Of a stretch of DNA of 64,000 nucleotides, positions 32,333 through 41,985 are shown piece after piece. The stretch is from an uncultured Gemmatimonadaceae bacterium. GTDB lineage: Bacteria > Gemmatimonadota > Gemmatimonadetes > Gemmatimonadales > Gemmatimonadaceae. A program made the translations under genes and the position numbers. The notes under the pieces are model-generated. The model was given only the letters and a program-made list of their open reading frames with translations. It had not been told where the DNA came from and searched no databases. Numbering within the stretch: the stretch's first letter is position 1; the number at the start of each line of letters is the position of its first letter. Location of the stretch: assembly GCA_963829055.1 (NCBI GenBank), contig CAWHHI010000006.1, positions 288,001-352,000 on the forward strand, in the 5' to 3' direction.

Positions 32333-33220
32333 TCAGAGCGTACGTCGAAGTGCGCGCAACCGGTCGACCCGCGCTGGCAGCGCTCGCTCGAGGTCCGCCC
32401 AGAGCGCATCCCAAAGCACCGTCAGTCGCTGGGACACATCCGGCGTTAGGCGTCCCGCTACTCGCACGCTTGCCGCTTCGTGAGTTGCGCGCGCATGATA
32501 CGTGTTCAGCACGCTGCCCGCCGCCTCTTCCTCGGTCGAGGAGAGTCCAACCGCGGTGCGCAGGACCATCAGATGATAGTCGCCGACGTCACCGGCGAGG
32601 GCGAGTGCCCGAAGGGCATCTGGCGAGTTCGGTTCCGGAACCGATACACCTAGCCGTGCGAGCGGGAGCGACCAGTTGTTCGTGGCGAATACGCCGTCGG
32701 GATTCTGCGACCAGATCCAGGCGTGCATGACGAACAGTCGCGGCGACGTCGCGTCACCGTCACTCGTACTCGTTCGGTGATGCGCGGTTGGAAGACTCTC
32801 CTCGGCCACGCCTCCGTTGTGCTCGTGCCAGTCGGCGAACGCGGGCAGTGCTGGCGGCGGCTCGCGTCCGCTGACCAACCGCGTGTATCCGACCGCGACC
32901 AGACGAGCGGCGCCGTCGATGGTCGCGTAGACCAGAACCGATGGCCGATCTGGCTCAAAGGTGTTCTCCCCGATGCGGGCCGCGCTGATCCAGTGCTCGC
33001 CCATTGTCGGAAACTCGACGCCGACGCGCTTGTACCCATCCGCAATGGCGGCGTCCTGCGACTGATACCGACGCGTGCCGTCGCGAGCCTTCGTGGTGAA
33101 TTGCTCCACCGCGGCCGTGGGATTCGACCGTGGGACGTCCTGACACGGGGCAGCGGCCGACGCGACCGTAATCGCGGCCATCGCCAGAGCGCTCTCTCTC
33201 CAACCTGAGTGGCGCGTCAT
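32333..33220 (-). CDS. Secreted His-rich hypothetical protein (possible metal-binding)
   Basis: AIADGY, MGEHW, PSVLVY, WHEH, MHAWIW..NPDGVFA; ATGA overlap with the upstream gene. Confidence 0.7.
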   Translation of the reverse strand: MTRHSGWRESALAMAAITVASAAAPCQDVPRSNPTAAVEQFTTKARDGTRRYQSQDAAIADGYKRVGVEFPTMGEHWISAARIGENTFEPDRPSVLVYATIDGAARLVAVGYTRLVSGREPPPALPAFADWHEHNGGVAEESLPTAHHRTSTSDGDATSPRLFVMHAWIWSQNPDGVFATNNWSLPLARLGVSVPEPNSPDALRALALAGDVGDYHLMVLRTAVGLSSTEEEAAGSVLNTYHARATHEAASVRVAGRLTPDVSQRLTVLWDALWADLERALPARVDRLRALRRTL

Positions 33221-33649
33221 GGTGTCGGCCGCGCGAGGTCGTCGGGGGTTTCCTGCTTCGAGGCCGTGAGCAACGTGGTCATCAGCGTTGGGGAGATGCC
33301 ATACGGGAATCGGCTCAGCAATCGGGCGCGATCGAGCATCTTGGCAGTCGGCTTCGGCCCCAGATTGACTGTACCCGCGCCGCCTACCGGCAGGATGACT
33401 CGGCTGACGTCGCCGAATCTCGCAATCCAGAATGCGGTCGTGTGCGAAGAGCACGTACCCGGAGTCATTGACCACGATGAGCTCACCCGTCTGCTCGCGC
33501 CCGTCACGCAACACGAGGGTGCTGAGAACCCCTCGCGCGGAGTGTGCTTGCGGAATGGATCGTGGAGACTTCGACGTCATGCAGGCAGTGGGGAACAGCG
33601 ACAGCATCAATAGCAGCGCGCCGAGCCTGAATACTCTCGAGGAGGTCAT
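33217..33649 (-). CDS. Hypothetical lipoprotein (frameshift near 33425)
   Basis: Lipobox FPTAC, LVLRDGREQTGELIVVND, ARLLSRFPYG; ATGA overlaps on both sides. Confidence 0.6.
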
Positions 33650-35202
33650 GAGATCGGCACCCGTCGCTGAAAGAAGTGCTGCTCGAGTGTGTCCTTCGAT
33701 GCTTGCCAGGTTCGAAGCACGTCGTGCATCGATGTGCGCGCCGGTGAGAACGGGAGGGAGTCCGTCGCGGTCTTCATCCATTTTCCGCGGACCCATTCCG
33801 TGTAGTAGCCCTGCGACGCGAGCATGAACGTGCGCGTGTCGGAAGGCGCCACTCCGACGTCGAACTCGATCGAGAAATGGTCACCGGGGTGCGTCTCGAC
33901 ATCGCGGTCGTCCGCGCGCGCGAGCATGGGCACCATGTCATCGCGAGGGACACCGTGGTTGTCGAACGCGCGGGCCGCCGTGATGTTCCGCGGCTCGACG
34001 CGCCGGACGCGCTGCGCGATCGCGACCCTGTCGATGCGGAACTCGTCAACCGTGAATGACACCCGCATGCGCACGCTATCACCACCCACGGCGGGCACGA
34101 CGACGCCAATGTCGCTCCACGCCACTGGGCCGAACGCGATCACACGTGCCACCGGCAACCACCGTTCACCATCCAGAACCTCGACGCGCATTCCGAAGTG
34201 CTCGGCGTGCCAGGTCGCGAGTTGCACGACGTTGGCGATCTGCGAGAGATCGCGCCCCAGCCAGTCCAATGCGCTCGCGCCGGGGCGGCCGAGCATGTAG
34301 TCGTAGAGAATAGCCGTGGAGAGGAGACTGCTGCGGGCTCGCAGCACCAGTGCGACGCTGTCCTGTCCGGCGGGTTTCGCGGTGGTGATCAGGAGATGGT
34401 CTCGTGTTGGCCCTCCAGCAACCGCGCGCTCGAGCAGTGCACCATCCGAGGAAAACACGACCCCGTCCGTGCGCGCCAGCGGGATGCTCACATCACGACC
34501 CGCCGCGTCACGGATACTGCCCGCACTCACGATACTTCCCACGGCCATGAGGCCGCCGATCGGCGAGGGCAAGGCAACTTCGTTCGCGTCGTGACGCACT
34601 TCGATGAGCTGCAACTGGTCGAGATGATGTGTTTCGAGCGCCTCGTTCTGCACGGACAGCCTAACGACCCCCCTGCCGTCGGGAGTCAGCGACATCCGGT
34701 CGACGTCGCGGACGGCGAGCAGCGGGGCAATGCTCTGTGAGAACGACTCGGCTTGCAGCATCGGGATCCCAGCGCTGTCGGCATAGATCGTCGGACACGA
34801 CCCGAAAATTGCGATGGACCCCCCCACTATCGCGGCCCCGGTGGCGGCGGTGCCCATGACACCATACAGCAGCGTGCGAGCCGGATTGACCTGACGCTCG
34901 TACACCTCGAACCCGAGCACACTGTCGAGAGCCACACTACTCACCGCCTGCGCGGTGGCCCTGGTCAGGGTGAAGCGCTCACCCATTCCAGTCGCGATGC
35001 CGTTACCGACCTTGACGCCCGCGCGGAACATGACAACGTCGCCGTTCATCAGGTGCGCTTTCACTGGCACACGAGTCAGGCGAGCGGGCGGTCCGCCCTT
35101 CTGCACCGCGACGGGGCGCGTCGTCGTCGAGATGAAGCACGCGACGGCGACCAGCCCACTCGCGCCGATTAACGCCGTGCGGACGTACGCGAATGCTTTC
35201 AT
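33646..35202 (-). CDS. Hypothetical lipoprotein with internal TM and SCPxxY-led beta domain
   Basis: Lipobox VAVAC, NPARTL-TM-GSCPTIY, NEALETHHLDQLQL, SQGYYTEW. Confidence 0.75.
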   Translation of the reverse strand: MKAFAYVRTALIGASGLVAVACFISTTTRPVAVQKGGPPARLTRVPVKAHLMNGDVVMFRAGVKVGNGIATGMGERFTLTRATAQAVSSVALDSVLGFEVYERQVNPARTLLYGVMGTAATGAAIVGGSIAIFGSCPTIYADSAGIPMLQAESFSQSIAPLLAVRDVDRMSLTPDGRGVVRLSVQNEALETHHLDQLQLIEVRHDANEVALPSPIGGLMAVGSIVSAGSIRDAAGRDVSIPLARTDGVVFSSDGALLERAVAGGPTRDHLLITTAKPAGQDSVALVLRARSSLLSTAILYDYMLGRPGASALDWLGRDLSQIANVVQLATWHAEHFGMRVEVLDGERWLPVARVIAFGPVAWSDIGVVVPAVGGDSVRMRVSFTVDEFRIDRVAIAQRVRRVEPRNITAARAFDNHGVPRDDMVPMLARADDRDVETHPGDHFSIEFDVGVAPSDTRTFMLASQGYYTEWVRGKWMKTATDSLPFSPARTSMHDVLRTWQASKDTLEQHFFQRRVPIS

Positions 35203-35485
35203 TCCTGGGGGCTCACGGTCTGAAGGTGGGGCCAATCATAATGCCATAGCGAGCTCTACGCTGGTGAGGATCTCCCAATGTCGGGCTGGCTCGCGCCGCT
35301 CCATCGCGCGACAGGCACGGGCGGGTGGATCGACAGGCGTTGCAACAGAGCGCGCCCGATCGGATGTGCTCGAGCCGGCCGACGCAGTCATGGGTGGCGG
35401 GCCCGCTGGCGCCCCAATCGGAATGTGCCTAACCTCCGCGTAGATCTGGAGTCCGCCACAATGGGCCATGGCCGAGGAAGACTGG

Positions 35486-37385
35486 ATGAGCGAGTCCTTG
35501 CACGACCGCGTTGTCGCCGCGATTGGTGAGCACTACGACCTGGAGGGCGAGATCGGGCGGGGCGGGAATGTCCGTCGTCTTCCGCGCCCGCGACCGGCGG
35601 CTCAACCGGCCCGTCGCGATCAAGGTGCTGCCGCCGGAGCTGGCGCACGATCAGGCGATCCGCGTCCGGTTCACCCGCGAGGCGCAGACCTCGGCGCAGC
35701 TGTCGCACGCGCACATCGTGCCGATCTATGACGTTGGCGAGCGCGGCGGCATCGCGTGGTTCGTCATGGCCCTCGTCACCGGCGGGAACCTCGCCACCCA
35801 CCTGATGCGAGAGCCACGTCAGCCGGTCGACGAAGTGCGTCGCATCCTGTGCGAGGTTGCTGACGCGCTCGCGTACGCGCACCTGCGTGGTGTGATTCAC
35901 CGGGACATCAAGCCCGACAACATTCTGCTGGATCGCCAGACCGGACGCGCGCTCGTCACGGACTTCGGCATCGCGTGGGCCATGGAAGCTGGGGCTCGCC
36001 TGACCGCGACCGGCATCGCCGTCGGCACGCCGACGTACATGTCGCCGGAGCAGGCCGTAGGCGAGCGCGAGCTCGACGGGCGGAGCGACATCTACTCGGT
36101 CGGAGTGCTGGGCTACCAAATGCTGACGGGTCGCGTGCCATTCGAAGCTGGGAATTCGATGGCGCTCCTGCTCAAGCACGTGACCGAGCGTCCGCGTCCC
36201 ATCGCCGACCTGCGACCAGACACGCCACGCGCCCTGCGCGAGACGATCGAGCGCGCGATCATGAAGGCCCCGGAGGATCGGTGGCCGACCGCGGCGGCAT
36301 TGCGTGACGCGCTGTCGTCGACCGATGCGTCCGGCCCGACGTGGCGCGCGGATCAGCGGGAGCCTGTACGCTACACGTCGCCTCGGCCCGACGGCTCGCG
36401 CAGAGTGGTCGCGTTGCGACCGCCCACACCGCAGAAGCCTGTTTCTCCGCTATTCCCGGCTCGAGGCGACGGGTCCCCGCCGGTCCTAACGAGCGGTCCC
36501 CTGGCTGGGCTCATGCTCGAGCCGCCGCACCTCGCTTCGCTGACGCCGGCGCAGCGCTATGACCTCCGACTCTGGCATGGCCGCGTGAATCTGGTCGACC
36601 GCGTGAAGGCGATGCGGCGGTATGGCCTGTTCACCGTCGCGGCCACGATCGGCGGCATCGCGGGGTTCGCGTTCGGCGTGACGGAAGTCCCGCCTTTCGT
36701 ACTCGCGCCCATCGTGCCGATCTACATGTGGGTGAAGCTCGCGCGGCGCGGCCGATCGTTGCGCGAGGCCGGCGTGCGTCTGCGGCAACTGCTTCCCCGG
36801 CCGCATTTCGTGATCCGGAAAAAGCAGGTGACGATGCAGCAGCACCTCGAGAAGCTCGCGCCGGTCGCCGTCATCGAGAGCCCCGAAGGCGCCGCGATCC
36901 GCCGAGCGGTCGAGGACCGTCTGGCGATCCTGGAGATCTTCGGCAAACTGTCGAAGCTCGACCGCGCGCGACTTCCCGATCTCGAAGCGACGGCGAAGCT
37001 GCTCGTGGAGCGCGTCGCACATCTCGCGCAGGCGATCCACCGGCTGGACGAGAGCATCGACCCCACGTTAGGCCGCGAGCTCGACGCGCGGATCGCCACG
37101 GTCGAGCGCGAGAGCGCATCGCCGGATGGCGAGCGTCAGCTCGGGCTGCTCCGCCGGCAGCGTGGCTCGCTCGACGAGCTCGTGCAGCGTCGCGTCGCCC
37201 TCGCGCGGCAGCTCGATAGTGCGGGCTTGGCGTTAGGCAACCTGCGCCTCGACCTGATCAAGCTCCGCTCATCGGGCCTTCAGTCGGCGCTCGCCGACGT
37301 CTCGTCGGCCACCCAGGAAGCGCGCGCTCTCTCGAGCGAGATCGACGCCGTGCTGGCCGCGGCGGCGGAAATGAAGAACCTGTAG
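35486..37385 (+). CDS. Ser/Thr protein kinase with two TM helices and C-terminal coiled coil (frameshift near 35565)
   Basis: EIGRGG/MSVVF, VAIKVL, HRDIKPDN, DFG, GTPTYMSPEQ; helical C-terminus. Confidence 0.9.
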
Positions 37386-37404
37386 TGTAGGGAGGGCCGG
37401 CGAG

Positions 37405-37640
37405 GCCGTAGGAAGGAGGCCGTAGGAAGGAGGAGGGCGGATGGCGGAAGGCGGAGGCGAGGAAGACGGCGTGCATGCCGAGCGGCAGCGAGGGATCGGA
37501 GCGTCGTCGTGCCGAGCGCCGGATTACTACGGCGTCCTCGTGCCGCCGGCCGCCGGTCGCGGCGCCAGCCGCCTCGCTGCCCTCCGTCCTACGGCCTCCT
37601 TCCTCCGTCCGCCGTCCGCCGTCCGCCATCCGCCTTCCTA
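37405..37640. repeat. Oppositely oriented heptamer tandem arrays between convergent genes, with a partial family A REP in between
   Basis: GGCCGTA/GGAAGGA/GGCGGAW units at 37405-37457 and their complements (TCCGCCG etc.) at 37581-37640. Confidence 0.65.
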
Positions 37641-38876
37641 CTTGTATCGTCGCCCCCCTCGCATCACGAACACCACCTGCCGTAGCGCGCCAATGTCCCG
37701 CGACGGATCGCCGCTCACCGCGATGAGATCCGCCGCATAGCCTGACGCCACCACGCCCAGCGAGCTGCCGAGGCCTAACGCGGCAGCGCCGGCTGACGTG
37801 GCGGAGACGATGGCGTCCATCGGCGACTGGCCCGCGCGGACGCGGCAGGCCAGCTCCTCGACGTTTCGCCCGTGGGCGAGCGCGACCGCGTCCGTTCCGA
37901 ACACGACCTTGAGCCGCGGCGTCTTGAGCGCGCGCGTGAACATCGCGGCCGCCGTCGGCAGCGCCGCCTTGAGCGGCGCGAGCGTCGAGTCCGTGAAGTT
38001 GTAGGCGTCCGGATGGTCGACGTAGTTCTGGAACACGAGACACACCTGCGGATCGAAGATCGTGCCGTGCTCCGCCATCAACGCGAGCTCGGCGTCGGTC
38101 GCGAACGTGCCGTGCTCGATCTGCGTGCAACCGGCCAGCGTCGCGGCGCGAACGCTCTGCGCGCTGATCGCGTGCACGATCGATCGCAGCCCCTGCGCCT
38201 TGGCCTCGCCGCAGATTGCGGCGAGCTGCTCGTCCGACAACGTCTGTGCGCCACCGGCGCCGAGCCCGGCGGAGGCGAACAGCTTGATGACGTCGGCACC
38301 CTGCGTCTTGAGCTGCTGGACCATCAGGCGCAGCGAGTCGACCGATATGCGCGCGGAGCTGATCTGCGTGATCGACGTCAGGATGCGAGGGCCGGGGATG
38401 AGCTCGCGCGCCGTGGCGTCGCGGAGGTCGAGGTCTTCGGGCCCGCCGACACTCTGAATGGTCGTGACGCCCGCCATGAGCGTCGCGTACAGGTTGCCGG
38501 CTCGCGCGAGCGCGGCCTGCGCGGGCGTGTCGCCGCTCCGTTGCGAGTTGCGCTTGCCCTGACGGTCGACGTACCAGCCGGGATGCACGTGTGCGTCAAT
38601 GAGACCCGGGAGGAGCGTCGCGGAACCGAGCTCGATGGTTGTCGCGCCGGAGATGGTCACCGGCGCGGTCGTCACGCGCTCGATCTTCCCATTCCGAACG
38701 ACGACGTATGCGTTGCGCGTCGATGCGCCGCGGCCGTCGAGCAATGTGCCGGCGTGAATGATCGTTGGTGCGCCCGCGGGAGCGGCCGACGTGATCTGGC
38801 TCCGAGCGGGCCGCACGTTCGCCGTCGCGGCGAGAACGAACGCGGATGGTATGACGGCGGCAGAGATGAATCGCAT
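37638..38876 (-). CDS. Secreted metal-dependent amidohydrolase (Xaa-Pro dipeptidase-like)
   Basis: LLPGLIDAHVH, IKLF, VHA, IEHG, FGTDA, ADLIAVSGDP. Confidence 0.9.
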   Translation of the reverse strand: MRFISAAVIPSAFVLAATANVRPARSQITSAAPAGAPTIIHAGTLLDGRGASTRNAYVVVRNGKIERVTTAPVTISGATTIELGSATLLPGLIDAHVHPGWYVDRQGKRNSQRSGDTPAQAALARAGNLYATLMAGVTTIQSVGGPEDLDLRDATARELIPGPRILTSITQISSARISVDSLRLMVQQLKTQGADVIKLFASAGLGAGGAQTLSDEQLAAICGEAKAQGLRSIVHAISAQSVRAATLAGCTQIEHGTFATDAELALMAEHGTIFDPQVCLVFQNYVDHPDAYNFTDSTLAPLKAALPTAAAMFTRALKTPRLKVVFGTDAVALAHGRNVEELACRVRAGQSPMDAIVSATSAGAAALGLGSSLGVVASGYAADLIAVSGDPSRDIGALRQVVFVMRGGRRYK

Positions 38877-39193
38877 GGTATCCTCTGAAATTCGCCACTA
38901 CCACATACCGCACGGATCACCTTGCCGCAACTCGTGTGGCGCGACTCGCCAGCAACAATCAGTGAGCGTTAGGCGTCCGCGTGCTCGGCGGCGAACGGCC
39001 GCATTCAGGCGGTCAACGCCCTCGCGGGCTCGGTGAGAATTTCTCGCACGCGGACCGGTGCGCGCGCGTCCGCTTTCGCAGTGCAGATGCGTGTTGAGAA
39101 TACGCCCTCGATGCAGGGCGTGGACGACGCCAACCATGAAGTGTCTGCTTCGCTGAGTGGTGTCGGCCTCGTACGTGACAATGGAGACGAACC

Positions 39194-40048
39194 ATGCGGC
39201 AGGCAAAAGCCCTCGTGGCTGTGCTATCAGGCGTAATCATCACGGTCGTCGGTTGCGATGACGCGGGCAACACCGTGACCGAGCCGGCAACCCCGAACGC
39301 CGGCGCGCTGAACACGGACGCGCTGTTCGACCGCACGACGGTCAAGCAGAAGGATCACGTGCAGATCGTGAAGGCGACCGGTGACATCACCGACGGCCTC
39401 ACTCAGTACCGCGCACTGCTCGGCACGCTCGAGCCTAACGTCGTCGGCGAACAGCCGGGCCCCGGCGGACGCAGGGAGATCAACTGGGACGGCGTTCCGG
39501 CGGCGCTGACGAACAACAACACGTTCCCTGGCGACTTCTTCAATCAGCCCATCGTCGGACGCGCACGAGGAGCAGTGTTCTCGACCGACGGCGCCGGCTT
39601 CCGCATCGCTGATAACGGGTACGTCGACGTGAACGCGCACTACGCCGGCGAGTTCAACGCGTTCAGCCCGAAGAAGCTCTTCGTCGCGAACGGCAGCACG
39701 ATCATCGACGTTCGCTTCTTCGTTGCCGGTACGAACACGCCTGGGCTGGTGACGGGCTTCGGATCGGTGTTCGAGGATGTCGGTCGGGCAAACTCGACCA
39801 CGATCGAATACTTCGACGCCGCCGGAAACCGCCTGGCGAAGATCGCTGCGCCTCGGCGCAGTGACGCGAACGGACAGTCGTTCGCGGGTGCGGTGTTCGA
39901 CTCGCAGATCGTGGCGTCGGTTCGCATCACCGTCGGCGACACGCCGATCGGTGAGAATACGTTCGACAACGTGAAGGGCGCCGGGAAAAAGCGTGACATC
40001 GTGACGACGGATGACTTCATCTACGGTGAGCCGCGCGTCATCAACTGA
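39194..40048 (+). CDS. Hypothetical lipoprotein
   Basis: GGAG RBS, lipobox VVGC, RREINWDGVP...FSPKKLF...DDFIYGEP. Confidence 0.75.
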   Translation: MRQAKALVAVLSGVIITVVGCDDAGNTVTEPATPNAGALNTDALFDRTTVKQKDHVQIVKATGDITDGLTQYRALLGTLEPNVVGEQPGPGGRREINWDGVPAALTNNNTFPGDFFNQPIVGRARGAVFSTDGAGFRIADNGYVDVNAHYAGEFNAFSPKKLFVANGSTIIDVRFFVAGTNTPGLVTGFGSVFEDVGRANSTTIEYFDAAGNRLAKIAAPRRSDANGQSFAGAVFDSQIVASVRITVGDTPIGENTFDNVKGAGKKRDIVTTDDFIYGEPRVIN

Positions 40049-40159
40049 GGATTGAACGAAGCCGCGCGCGGCGAGAGGAACGACGGGGTCGTAGTGGCGC
40101 AGCTCCGGTACGCTGACGCATGTTGACCTTGCGATTCAGCTACTCACCGGAGCTGCCCA

Positions 40160-41119
40160 ATGCCCCGAGCCTCTCGCCGCTCGCTCGTCGCGCGAGCCAT
40201 CCTCGCACTTGCCTCAACGCTTCCTGTCGCTGCAGACGGCCAAGCACCCAGTCCACCGCCGGTCATCGGTCACTGGGACCTGACAGTCACGGCTCCGGAC
40301 GGCGTCTACCCGTCATGGTTGGAGGTGACGGCGTCGGGGAACGGCGTGCTCGTAGGTCGGTTCGTGGGGCACTACGGCAGCGCACGCCCGATCGGACGTG
40401 TCGAGTTCGCGAATGGCGTTATGCGGTTCGCCGTTCCGCCGCAGTGGGAGCAAGGCACCGCCGACCTGCGCTTCGAGGCGAAGCTCGACGGCAGCCGACT
40501 CACCGGCGCGATCGTCAACCCGAACGGCGACAGGCACACGCTCGTCGCGTCGCGCGCGCCCAGCCTGCGACGCACGACCGCGCCCGCGTGGGGCACGCCG
40601 GTCGAGCTGTTCAACGGGAAGGACGTCGCTGGGTGGACGACACAGGGGAGCGGCGCGAGTCGCTGGCGCGTGGTGAACGGTGTCCTCACGAACACTGCCA
40701 GCGGCGCCAATCTCATGACGACGCGCCGCTTCGAGGACTTCAAGCTGCACCTGGAGTTTCGCTACCCGAAGGGCGGCAACAGTGGCGTGTACCTGCGCGG
40801 GCGTCACGAACTGCAGATCGAAGACAGTCCGGAGCGGGACTGGCCGGGCTTGCTGGATGTCGGCGCGATCTACGGCCTGGTGGCACCTAACGAGAACGTG
40901 GCGACCGGGCCCGGCACCTGGCAGACGTACGACATCACGCTCATCGGCCGCCGCGTGACGGTGGTGTTCAACGGGCACACGGTCATCGCCGACCAGGTCA
41001 TCCCCGGGATCACCGGCGGGGCGCTCGACAGCAACGAGGGCGAGCCTGGACCGCTCGTGCTGCAGGGAGACCATACGCCGGTGGAGTTCAGAAGCATCAG
41101 GCTGACGCCGGCGAAGTAG
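40160..41119 (+). CDS. DUF1080 (3-keto-disaccharide hydrolase-like) protein
   Basis: LFNGKDVAGW, FEDFKLHLEF, GNSGVYLRG, LQGDH, FRSI. Confidence 0.9.
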   Translation: MPRASRRSLVARAILALASTLPVAADGQAPSPPPVIGHWDLTVTAPDGVYPSWLEVTASGNGVLVGRFVGHYGSARPIGRVEFANGVMRFAVPPQWEQGTADLRFEAKLDGSRLTGAIVNPNGDRHTLVASRAPSLRRTTAPAWGTPVELFNGKDVAGWTTQGSGASRWRVVNGVLTNTASGANLMTTRRFEDFKLHLEFRYPKGGNSGVYLRGRHELQIEDSPERDWPGLLDVGAIYGLVAPNENVATGPGTWQTYDITLIGRRVTVVFNGHTVIADQVIPGITGGALDSNEGEPGPLVLQGDHTPVEFRSIRLTPAK

Positions 41120-41249
41120 CGAACCCGCGGCCGGCGAGTTGCCGGAAAGACGCGAAAGCCGCCACGTGAGTGCGTTCTGCGTCCGACTCACGAGGAGCCG
41201 TTGATAGCAGACAATTCCGCCTAATCGGTTGTGCGTCTTACGTTCTCCA

Positions 41250-41732
41250 CTAGTGGCTCGGCGGCGCCAGGTTTCCACACGCGACGACCACATCAGGGTT
41301 GGCTGCCGACGCGGCGACCGTCACGAAGTAGTTACCCGTTGCCGGCGTGCTGAGGGCGACACTCGCTCCTGCCTCGCCCTTACCGTCATCCCCGATCTTC
41401 AGGGCCTTGTATGCCGTCGCCGGGCCGAACACACCTTCGTCGGCGCCGCACTGGCCATGGTGGACCTGCCACGGATGGACGCCCCCCGGCGTCGCGTTGG
41501 TGACGCTCAGAGATAGAGTGGTGGCGTCGATACTCTTGCCCGGCTGCATCGAGGCAGATCCGTTGATCTGCACCGCGCCGGCGAGTGAAGCCGGCGTTAC
41601 GAGCGTGCCACGCCAGCGAGTATTCAGATTCGCATCGCGACTTACCTCGCTTACCGGTTCGCGGTGAAACGGGTTGCAAGCGGCGAACACAACTATCGAC
41701 GTGACGAGTATTAGCGATTGACGGCGTTGCAT
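41250..41732 (-). CDS. Lipoprotein with Cu/Zn-SOD/CHRD-like fold
   Basis: Lipobox FAAC, HPWQVHHGQC, GKG, VVACGNL; metal ligands appear incomplete. Confidence 0.6.
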   Translation of the reverse strand: MQRRQSLILVTSIVVFAACNPFHREPVSEVSRDANLNTRWRGTLVTPASLAGAVQINGSASMQPGKSIDATTLSLSVTNATPGGVHPWQVHHGQCGADEGVFGPATAYKALKIGDDGKGEAGASVALSTPATGNYFVTVAASAANPDVVVACGNLAPPSH

Positions 41733-41806
41733 GGTGACCTCCTGGAGATTCGGCCCCCCGGGCCGTAACGAGTCGGAATGCCGTGAGCGCCCACGAGCCA
41801 CTCGCG

Positions 41807-41858
41807 TATTGACCAACTGGATGATAGCATATGCAAGATATCATCCAACTGGTCAATA
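41807..41858. promoter_or_regulatory. AT-rich 20-bp inverted repeat between divergent genes
   Basis: TATTGACCAACTGGATGATA / TATCATCCAACTGGTCAATA (2 mismatches), spacer containing GCATATGC. Confidence 0.5.
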
Positions 41859-41985
41859 AGCGCAGTCCGGTGCCTCAGTCGCGCAGCGTGGCGTACTCAG
41901 CAGTTGCGGCTGGACGCGCTCTCTGCATCGCGTCGCTGGATGAGTCGCGATAGGTTGGTCCAGAGCCCCCACCTGGAGAACCAAG

